Of a stretch of DNA of 64,000 nucleotides, positions 53,501 to 64,000 are shown piece after piece. Every line of letters starts with the position of its first letter. The first letter of the stretch is position 1. The stretch lies in the NCBI RefSeq assembly GCF_009914755.1, contig NC_060930.1; one strand, given 5' to 3'. The notes beneath the pieces were generated by a model, which did not search any database, had not been told where the DNA came from, and saw only the letters and a program-made list of their open reading frames with translations. This DNA is from the human T2T-CHM13v2.0 reference genome, Homo sapiens. The translations under genes and the position numbers were made by a program.

Positions 53501-56500
53501 TGTGATGTCTGCATTCAAGTCACAGAGTTGAACATTTCTCTTGATAGAGCAGTTTTGAAACCCTCTTTCTGAAGGATCTGCAAGTGGATATTTGGAACTC
53601 CTTTGGGTCTTCGTTGGAAACGGGATTTCTTCGTATAAATCTAGACAGAAGAATTCTCCGAAACTTCTTTGGTTGTGTGCATTCAAGTCACAGAGTGGAA
53701 CCTTCCTTTGGATAGAGCAGTTTGAAACGCCGTGGTTGTAGTATTTCCAAGCGGATATTAGAGCGCCTTGAGGCCTATGGTAGAAAAGGAAATATCTTCC
53801 CATAAAACCTAGACGGAAGCAATCTCAGAAACTACTGTGTGATGGCTGCATTCCACACACACGGTGGAACATTTCTCTTGATAGAGCAGTTTTGAAACAC
53901 TCTTTCTGTAGAATCTGCAAGTGGATAATTGGACCGCCTTGAGGCCTTCGTTGGAAACGGGATTTCTTCATGTTACTCTAGATAGAAGAATTCTCAAACA
54001 CTGCTATGTGATGTTTGCATTCAAGTCACAGAGTGCAACATTCCTCTTGGTAGAGCAGTTGGGAAACACTCCTTTTGTAGAATCTGCAATGGGATATTTG
54101 GACTTCTTTGAGGCCTTCGTTGGAAACGGGATTTCTTCGTATGAATCTAGACAGAAGAATTCTCAGAAACTTCCTTGTGATGTGTGCATTCAACTCAGCG
54201 AGTGGCACCTTCCTTTGGATACAGCAGTTTTGAAACACTGTTTTTGTAGTATTTCCAAGCGGATATTTAGAGCGCCTTGAAGCCTATGCTAGAAATGGAA
54301 ATATCTCCCCATAAAACCAAGACAGAAGCAATCTCAGAAACTAATGTGTGATGGCTGCATTCCACACACACGGTGGACCATTTCTCTTGATAGAGCAGTT
54401 TTGAAACACTCTTTCTGTAGAATCTGCAAGTGGATAATTGGACCTCCTAGAGGCCTTCGTTGGAAACGGGATTTCTTCATCTAAACCTACAGAGAAGAAT
54501 TCTCAGTAACTTCTTCGGATGTGTGCATTCGACGCACAGAATGGAACATTCCCTTTGATAGAGCAGTTTTGAGACACCGTTTTTGTAGAATTCCCAAGTG
54601 GATATTTAGAGCACTTTGAAGTCTCTGCTAGAAAAGGAAACATCTTCATGTAAAAAGTAGATAGAATCGTTCTCAGAAAGTGCTTAGTGACGTGTGCGTT
54701 CAACTCACAGAGTTTAACGTTTCTTTTGATAGAGCGTTTCTGAAACACCCTTCTTGTAGTAGCTGCAAGTGGATATTTGGACCTATTGGAGGCCTTCTTT
54801 GGAAATGGGATTTCTTCATGTAACTCTAGATTGAAGAGTTCTCAGAAACTCCTTTGTGATGTGTGCATTCAATTCAAAGAGTGAAACCTCCCTTTTCACA
54901 GAGCAGTTTTGAAACACTGTTTTTGTAGGATTTCCAAGGGGATATTTATAGCGCATTGAGCCTACGGCGGAAAAAGAAACATCTTCCTATAAAAACTAGA
55001 CAGAATACTTCTCAGAATCTGCTTTGCGATGTGTGCGTTCAACTCACAGAGTAAAACTTTTCTTTTGATAGAGCAGTTTTGAAACACTCTTTTTGTAGTA
55101 TTTGCATGTGTATATTTAGAGCGCATTGAAGCCCACAGTAGAAAAAGAAATAACTTCACCTAAAACCTAGACAGAAGCAATCTCAGAAACTACTTTGTGA
55201 TGTGTACATTCAACTCACAGAGTGGAACTTTCCTCTTTATAGAGCAGTGTTGAAACACTCTTTTTGTAGAAACTGCAAGTGGATATTTGGACCTCTTTGA
55301 GGCCTTCGTTGGAAACGGGATTTCTTCCTATAACCCTAGACAGAAGAATTTTCAGAAACCTCATTGTGATGTGTGCGTTCATCTCACAGAGTGGAGTCTT
55401 CCGTTTGATAGAGAAGTTTTGAAACCCTGTTCTTGTAGGATTTCCAAGTGGATATTTAGACCACTTTGAAGCCTATGATAGAAAAGGAAACATCTTCATG
55501 GAAAACATAGATAGAATCATCCTCAGAAACAACTTTGTGATGTGTGCGTTGAACTCACCGTCTTTAACCTTTCTTTTGGTAGAGAAGTTTTGAAACACTC
55601 TCTTTGTAAAGTCTACAAGTGGATATTTTGAGCCCTTGGAGGCATTCTTTGGAAAAGGGAATGTCTTCACATAAAAGGCAGACGGAAGTGTTCTCAGAAA
55701 CTGCTTTGTGATGTCTGTGTTCAACTCACAGAGTTTAACATTTCCTTTGATAGAGCGGTTTAGTAACCCTCTCTTTGTAGAATTTGGAAGTGTATACTAA
55801 GAGCGCTTTGAGGCCTATGGTAGAAAAGGAAATATCTTTCCATAAAAGCTAGACAGAAGCAATCTCAGAAACTCCTTTGCGATGTCTGCATTCAACTCAC
55901 CGAGTGGAACATTCCTCTTGAGAGAGCAGTTTGGAAACACTCTTTCTGTAGAATCAGCTTGTTTGTATTTGGACCTCCTTGAGGCCTTCGTTGGAAACGG
56001 GTTTTCATCTTATAAACCCAGACAGAAGAATTCTCAGAGTCTTCTTTGTGATGTGTGCTTTCAACTCACCGAGATAAAGATTTCTCTTGATAGAGCAATT
56101 TGGAAACACTCTTTTTGTAGAATTTGCAAGGGTACATTGAGAGCGCTTTCAGGCCTATGGTAGAAAAGGGAATATCTTTCCATAAAAGGTAGACAGAAGC
56201 AATCTCAGAAACTACTTTGTGATGTGTGCATTCAACTCACCGAGTGCAACGTTCCTCTTGACCGAGCAGTTTGGAAACATTGTTTCTGTAGAATCTGCAA
56301 GTGGATATTTGGACCTCTTTGAGGCCTTCGTTGGAAACGGGATTTCTTCCTATAAACCCAGACAGAAGAATTCTCAGAGACTTCTTTGTGATGTGTGAAT
56401 TCAACTCACAGTGTGGATCCTTCCTTTTGATAGAGCAGTTTTGAAACCCTGTTTTTGTAGTATTTCCAAGCGGATATTCGGAACGCCTTGAAGCGTATGG

Positions 56501-59500
56501 TAGAAAAGGAAATATCTTCCCATAAAACCTAGACAGAACCAATCTCAGAAACGACTTTGTGATGTCTGCATTCAAGTCACAGAGTTGAACATTTCTCTTG
56601 ATAGAGCAGTTTTGAAACCCTCTTTCTGAAGGATCTGCAAGTGGATATTTGGAACTCCTTTGGGTCTTCGTTGGAAACGGGATTTCTTCGTATAAATCTA
56701 GACAGAAGAATTCTCCGAAACTTCTTTGGTTGTGTGCATTCAAGTCACAGAGTGGAACCTTCCTTTGGATAGAGCAGTTTGAAACGCCGTGGTTGTAGTA
56801 TTTCCAAGCGGATATTAGAGCGCCTTGAGGCCTATGGTAGAAAAGGAAATATCTTCCCATAAAACCTAGACGGAAGCAATCTCAGAAACTACTGTGTGAT
56901 GGCTGCATTCCACACACACGGTGGAACATTTCTCTTGATAGAGCAGTTTTGAAACACTCTTTCTGTAGAATCTGCAAGTGGATAATTGGACCGCCTTGAG
57001 GCCTTCGTTGGAAACGGGATTTCTTCATGTTACTCTAGATAGAAGAATTCTCAAACACTGCTATGTGATGTTTGCATTCAAGTCACAGAGTGCAACATTC
57101 CTCTTGGTAGAGCAGTTGGGAAACACTCCTTTTGTAGAATCTGCAATGGGATATTTGGACTTCTTTGAGGCCTTCGTTGGAAACGGGATTTCTTCGTATG
57201 AATCTAGACAGAAGAATTCTCAGAAACTTCCTTGTGATGTGTGCATTCAACTCAGCGAGTGGCACCTTCCTTTGGATACAGCAGTTTTGAAACACTGTTT
57301 TTGTAGTATTTCCAAGCGGATATTTAGAGCGCCTTGAAGCCTATGCTAGAAATGGAAATATCTCCCCATAAAACCAAGACAGAAGCAATCTCAGAAACTA
57401 ATGTGTGATGGCTGCATTCCACACACACGGTGGACCATTTCTCTTGATAGAGCAGTTTTGAAACACTCTTTCTGTAGAATCTGCAAGTGGATAATTGGAC
57501 CTCCTAGAGGCCTTCGTTGGAAACGGGATTTCTTCATCTAAACCTACAGAGAAGAATTCTCAGTAACTTCTTCGGATGTGTGCATTCGACGCACAGAATG
57601 GAACATTCCCTTTGATAGAGCAGTTTTGAGACACCGTTTTTGTAGAATTCCCAAGTGGATATTTAGAGCACTTTGAAGTCTCTGCTAGAAAAGGAAACAT
57701 CTTCATGTAAAAAGTAGATAGAATCGTTCTCAGAAAGTGCTTAGTGACGTGTGCGTTCAACTCACAGAGTTTAACGTTTCTTTTGATAGAGCGTTTCTGA
57801 AACACCCTTCTTGTAGTAGCTGCAAGTGGATATTTGGACCTATTGGAGGCCTTCTTTGGAAATGGGATTTCTTCATGTAACTCTAGATTGAAGAGTTCTC
57901 AGAAACTCCTTTGTGATGTGTGCATTCAATTCAAAGAGTGAAACCTCCCTTTTCACAGAGCAGTTTTGAAACACTGTTTTTGTAGGATTTCCAAGGGGAT
58001 ATTTATAGCGCATTGAGCCTACGGCGGAAAAAGAAACATCTTCCTATAAAAACTAGACAGAATACTTCTCAGAATCTGCTTTGCGATGTGTGCGTTCAAC
58101 TCACAGAGTAAAACTTTTCTTTTGATAGAGCAGTTTTGAAACACTCTTTTTGTAGTATTTGCATGTGTATATTTAGAGCGCATTGAAGCCCACAGTAGAA
58201 AAGGAAATAACTTCACCTAAAACCTAGACAGAAGCAATCTCAGAAACTACTTTGTGATGTGTACATTCAACTCACAGAGTGGAACTTTCCTCTTTATAGA
58301 GCAGTGTTGAAACACTCTTTTTGTAGAAACTGCAAGTGGATATTTGGACCTCTTTGAGGCCTTCGTTGGAAACGGGATTTCTTCCTATAACCCTAGACAG
58401 AAGAATTTTCAGAAACCTCATTGTGATGTGTGCGTTCATCTCACAGAGTGGAGTCTTCCGTTTGATAGAGAAGTTTTGAAACCCTGTTCTTGTAGGATTT
58501 CCAAGTGGATATTTAGACCACTTTGAAGCCTATGATAGAAAAGGAAACATCTTCATGGAAAACATAGATAGAATCATCCTCAGAAACAACTTTGTGATGT
58601 GTGCGTTGAACTCACCGTCTTTAACCTTTCTTTTGGTAGAGAAGTTTTGAAACACTCTCTTTGTAAAGTCTACAAGTGGATATTTTGAGCCCTTGGAGGC
58701 ATTCTTTGGAAAAGGGAATGTCTTCACATAAAAGGCAGACGGAAGTGTTCTCAGAAACTGCTTTGTGATGTCTGTGTTCAACTCACAGAGTTTAACATTT
58801 CCTTTGATAGAGCGGTTTAGTAACCCTCTCTTTGTAGAATTTGGAAGTGTATACTAAGAGCGCTTTGAGGCCTATGGTAGAAAAGGAAATATCTTTCCAT
58901 AAAAGCTAGACAGAAGCAATCTCAGAAACTCCTTTGCGATGTCTGCATTCAACTCACCGAGTGGAACATTCCTCTTGAGAGAGCAGTTTGGAAACACTCT
59001 TTCTGTAGAATCAGCTTGTTTGTATTTGGACCTCCTTGAGGCCTTCGTTGGAAACGGGTTTTCATCTTATAAACCCAGACAGAAGAATTCTCAGAGTCTT
59101 CTTTGTGATGTGTGCTTTCAACTCACCGAGATAAAGATTTCTCTTGATAGAGCAATTTGGAAACACTCTTTTTGTAGAATTTGCAAGGGTACATTGAGAG
59201 CGCTTTCAGGCCTATGGTAGAAAAGGGAATATCTTTCCATAAAAGGTAGACAGAAGCAATCTCAGAAACTACTTTGTGATGTGTGCATTCAACTCACCGA
59301 GTGCAACGTTCCTCTTGACCGAGCAGTTTGGAAACATTGTTTCTGTAGAATCTGCAAGTGGATATTTGGACCTCTTTGAGGCCTTCGTTGGAAACGGGAT
59401 TTCTTCCTATAAACCCAGACAGAAGAATTCTCAGAGACTTCTTTGTGATGTGTGAATTCAACTCACAGTGTGGATCCTTCCTTTTGATAGAGCAGTTTTG

Positions 59501-62500
59501 AAACCCTGTTTTTGTAGTATTTCCAAGCGGATATTTGGAACGCCTTGAAGCGTATGGTAGAAAAGGAAATATCTTCCCATAAAACCTAGACAGAACCAAT
59601 CTCAGAAACGACTTTGTGATGTCTGCATTCAAGTCACAGAGTTGAACATTTCTCTTGATAGAGCAGTTTTGAAACCCTCTTTCTGAAGGATCTGCAAGTG
59701 GATATTTGGAACTCCTTTGGGTCTTCGTTGGAAACGGGATTTCTTCGTATAAATCTAGACAGAAGAATTCTCCGAAACTTCTTTGGTTGTGTGCATTCAA
59801 GTCACAGAGTGGAACCTTCCTTTGGATAGAGCAGTTTGAAACGCCGTGGTTGTAGTATTTCCAAGCGGATATTAGAGCGCCTTGAGGCCTATGGTAGAAA
59901 AGGAAATATCTTCCCATAAAACCTAGACGGAAGCAATCTCAGAAACTACTGTGTGATGGCTGCATTCCACACACACGGTGGAACATTTCTCTTGATAGAG
60001 CAGTTTTGAAACACTCTTTCTGTAGAATCTGCAAGTGGATAATTGGACCGCCTTGAGGCCTTCGTTGGAAACGGGATTTCTTCATGTTACTCTAGATAGA
60101 AGAATTCTCAAACACTGCTATGTGATGTTTGCATTCAAGTCACAGAGTGCAACATTCCTCTTGGTAGAGCAGTTGGGAAACACTCCTTTTGTAGAATCTG
60201 CAATGGGATATTTGGACTTCTTTGAGGCCTTCGTTGGAAACGGGATTTCTTCGTATGAATCTAGACAGAAGAATTCTCAGAAACTTCCTTGTGATGTGTG
60301 CATTCAACTCAGCGAGTGGCACCTTCCTTTGGATACAGCAGTTTTGAAACACTGTTTTTGTAGTATTTCCAAGCGGATATTTAGAGCGCCTTGAAGCCTA
60401 TGCTAGAAATGGAAATATCTCCCCATAAAACCAAGACAGAAGCAATCTCAGAAACTAATGTGTGATGGCTGCATTCCACACACACGGTGGACCATTTCTC
60501 TTGATAGAGCAGTTTTGAAACACTCTTTCTGTAGAATCTGCAAGTGGATAATTGGACCTCCTAGAGGCCTTCGTTGGAAACGGGATTTCTTCATCTAAAC
60601 CTACAGAGAAGAATTCTCAGTAACTTCTTCGGATGTGTGCATTCGACGCACAGAATGGAACATTCCCTTTGATAGAGCAGTTTTGAGACACCGTTTTTGT
60701 AGAATTCCCAAGTGGATATTTAGAGCACTTTGAAGTCTCTGCTAGAAAAGGAAACATCTTCATGTAAAAAGTAGATAGAATCGTTCTCAGAAAGTGCTTA
60801 GTGACGTGTGCGTTCAACTCACAGAGTTTAACGTTTCTTTTGATAGAGCGTTTCTGAAACACCCTTCTTGTAGTAGCTGCAAGTGGATATTTGGACCTAT
60901 TGGAGGCCTTCTTTGGAAATGGGATTTCTTCATGTAACTCTAGATTGAAGAGTTCTCAGAAACTCCTTTGTGATGTGTGCATTCAATTCAAAGAGTGAAA
61001 CCTCCCTTTTCACAGAGCAGTTTTGAAACACTGTTTTTGTAGGATTTCCAAGGGGATATTTATAGCGCATTGAGCCTACGGCGGAAAAAGAAACATCTTC
61101 CTATAAAAACTAGACAGAATACTTCTCAGAATCTGCTTTGCGATGTGTGCGTTCAACTCACAGAGTAAAACTTTTCTTTTGATAGAGCAGTTTTGAAACA
61201 CTCTTTTTGTAGTATTTGCATGTGTATATTTAGAGCGCATTGAAGCCCACAGTAGAAAAGGAAATAACTTCACCTAAAACCTAGACAGAAGCAATCTCAG
61301 AAACTACTTTGTGATGTGTACATTCAACTCACAGAGTGGAACTTTCCTCTTTATAGAGCAGTGTTGAAACACTCTTTTTGTAGAAACTGCAAGTGGATAT
61401 TTGGACCTCTTTGAGGCCTTCGTTGGAAACGGGATTTCTTCCTATAACCCTAGACAGAAGAATTTTCAGAAACCTCATTGTGATGTGTGCGTTCATCTCA
61501 CAGAGTGGAGTCTTCCGTTTGATAGAGAAGTTTTGAAACCCTGTTCTTGTAGGATTTCCAAGTGGATATTTAGACCACTTTGAAGCCTATGATAGAAAAG
61601 GAAACATCTTCATGGAAAACATAGATAGAATCATCCTCAGAAACAACTTTGTGATGTGTGCGTTGAACTCACCGTCTTTAACCTTTCTTTTGGTAGAGAA
61701 GTTTTGAAACACTCTCTTTGTAAAGTCTACAAGTGGATATTTTGTGCCCTTGGAGGCATTCTTTGGAAAAGGGAATGTCTTCACATAAAAGGCAGACGGA
61801 AGTGTTCTCAGAAACTGCTTTGTGATGTCTGTGTTCAACTCACAGAGTTTAACATTTCCTTTGATAGAGCGGTTTAGTAACCCTCTCTTTGTAGAATTTG
61901 GAAGTGTATACTAAGAACGCTTTGAGGCCTATGGTAGAAAAGGAAATATCTTTCCATAAAAGCTAGACAGAAGCAATCTCAGAAACTCCTTTGCGATGTC
62001 TGCATTCAACTCACCGAGTGGAACATTCCTCTTGAGAGAGCAGTTTGGAAACACTCTTTCTGTAGAATCAGCTTGTTTGTATTTGGACCTCCTTGAGGCC
62101 TTCGTTGGAAACGGGTTTTCATCTTATAAACCCAGACAGAAGAATTCTCAGAGTCTTCTTTGTGATGTGTGCTTTCAACTCACCGAGATAAAGATTTCTC
62201 TTGATAGAGCAATTTGGAAACACTCTTTTTGTAGAATTTGCAAGGGTACATTGAGAGCGCTTTCAGGCCTATGGTAGAAAAGGGAATATCTTTCCATAAA
62301 AGGTAGACAGAAGCAATCTCAGAAACTACTTTGTGATGTGTGCATTCAACTCACCGAGTGCAACGTTCCTCTTGACCGAGCAGTTTGGAAACATTGTTTC
62401 TGTAGAATCTGCAAGTGGATATTTGGACCTCTTTGAGGCCTTCGTTGGAAACGGGATTTCTTCCTATAAACCCAGACAGAAGAATTCTCAGAGACTTCTT

Positions 62501-63335
62501 TGTGATGTGTGAATTCAACTCACAGTGTGGATCCTTCCTTTTGATAGAGCAGTTTTGAAACCCTGTTTTTGTAGTATTTCCAAGCGGATATTCGGAACGC
62601 CTTGAAGCGTATGGTAGAAAAGGAAATATCTTCCCATAAAACCTAGACAGAACCAATCTCAGAAACGACTTTGTGATGTCTGCATTCAAGTCACAGAGTT
62701 GAACATTTCTCTTGATAGAGCAGTTTTGAAACCCTCTTTCTGAAGGATCTGCAAGTGGATATTTGGAACTCCTTTGGGTCTTCGTTGGAAACGGGATTTC
62801 TTCGTATAAATCTAGACAGAAGAATTCTCCGAAACTTCTTTGGTTGTGTGCATTCAAGTCACAGAGTGGAACCTTCCTTTGGATAGAGCAGTTTGAAACG
62901 CCGTGGTTGTAGTATTTCCAAGCGGATATTAGAGCGCCTTGAGGCCTATGGTAGAAAAGGAAATATCTTCCCATAAAACCTAGACGGAAGCAATCTCAGA
63001 AACTACTGTGTGATGGCTGCATTCCACACACACGGTGGAACATTTCTCTTGATAGAGCAGTTTTGAAACACTCTTTCTGTAGAATCTGCAAGTGGATAAT
63101 TGGACCGCCTTGAGGCCTTCGTTGGAAACGGGATTTCTTCATGTTACTCTAGATAGAAGAATTCTCAAACACTGCTATGTGATGTTTGCATTCAAGTCAC
63201 AGAGTGCAACATTCCTCTTGGTAGAGCAGTTGGGAAACACTCCTTTTGTAGAATCTGCAATGGGATATTTGGACTTCTTTGAGGCCTTCGTTGGAAACGG
63301 GATTTCTTCGTATGAATCTAGACAGAAGAATTCTC
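20538..63335 (+). repeat. Fourteen consecutive canonical 18-mer HOR copies
   Basis: Unbroken 3057-bp periodicity of ORFs from 20876 to 63674, so no net indels. Confidence 0.95.
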
Positions 63336-64000
63336 AGAAACTTCCTTGTGATGTGTGCATTCAACTCAGCGAGTGGCACCTTCCTTTGGATACAGCAGTT
63401 TTGAAACACTGTTTTTGTAGTATTTCCAAGCGGATATTTAGAGCGCCTTGAAGCCTATGCTAGAAATGGAAATATCTCCCCATAAAACCAAGACAGAAGC
63501 AATCTCAGAAACTAATGTGTGATGGCTGCATTCCACACACACGGTGGACCATTTCTCTTGATAGAGCAGTTTTGAAACACTCTTTCTGTAGAATCTGCAA
63601 GTGGATAATTGGACCTCCTAGAGGCCTTCGTTGGAAACGGGATTTCTTCATCTAAACCTACAGAGAAGAATTCTCAGTAACTTCTTCGGATGTGTGCATT
63701 CGACGCACAGAATGGAACATTCCCTTTGATAGAGCAGTTTTGAGACACCGTTTTTGTAGAATTCCCAAGTGGATATTTAGAGCACTTTGAAGTCTCTGCT
63801 AGAAAAGGAAACATCTTCATGTAAAAAGTAGATAGAATCGTTCTCAGAAAGTGCTTAGTGACGTGTGCGTTCAACTCACAGAGTTTAACGTTTCTTTTGA
63901 TAGAGCGTTTCTGAAACACCCTTCTTGTAGTAGCTGCAAGTGGATATTTGGACCTATTGGAGGCCTTCTTTGGAAATGGGATTTCTTCATGTAACTCTAG
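63336..64000 (+). repeat. Partial HOR (about 4 monomers), array continues beyond window
   Basis: Matches the start of the other units (e.g. 3208-3872). Confidence 0.93.

Larger units (their letters stand above)
1..64000 (+). repeat. D6Z1: Alpha satellite higher-order repeat array, 18-mer/3057 bp, most likely human chr6 centromere D6Z1 (S1C6H1L, suprachromosomal family 1)
   Basis: About 170-bp monomers with alphoid motifs (tctcagaaac...tgtgatgtgtgcattcaactcacagag...gatagagcagttttgaaacac) and CENP-B boxes. The same ORFs recur at 489, 3546, 6603, 9660, 12717 (period 3057). One GGATCC per unit (2401, 5458...). An 18-mer of about 3 kb cut once by BamHI is the established signature of D6Z1. Alpha satellite identity is near certain; the chromosome assignment is from recalled knowledge. 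Confidence 0.93.

Noticed and set aside
61656-61877. Unique 73-aa ORF found in only one unit
   Set aside because: Created by the single SNV at 61745 that turns TGA into TGT; no evidence of function.
22852-62593. Descending 4-3-2-1 run lengths of the C allele as a programmed or coded pattern
   Set aside because: Only four runs, the last truncated by the window edge; stochastic duplication and deletion of HOR blocks is a sufficient explanation.
1-64000. Inversions, LINE/Alu insertions or non-satellite islands
   Set aside because: None seen: all boxes are on the + strand and every interval is accounted for by 3057-bp or 2551-bp periods.

Overview
The whole 64 kb window is one uninterrupted, same-orientation array of primate alpha satellite (about 170-bp monomers). 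I see no genes, transposons, RNA genes or CRISPR. Monomers form an 18-mer higher-order repeat (HOR) of exactly 3057 bp with one BamHI site per unit and 7 intact CENP-B boxes, which fits the active human chromosome 6 centromeric array D6Z1 (S1C6H1L); this assignment rests on unit size and architecture, not on a database search. The window holds 19 full 18-mers, two full 15-mer variants (2551 bp, a 506-bp/3-monomer deletion), a third 15-mer junction at the very start, and a partial unit at the end. All ORFs in the track are satellite artefacts. The informative signal is array evolution: an internal trimer duplication whose collapse explains the 15-mer, a 15-mer-linked SNV haplotype, a 5608-bp (18+15 = 33-mer) tandem duplication, a strictly alternating SNV over the first 8 HORs, a switch to a homogeneous 18-mer domain after about 22 kb, and unit-specific CENP-B box losses. 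I found no evidence of a new protein-coding system. SNVs were read by eye with help from the ORF track, so the list may be incomplete.
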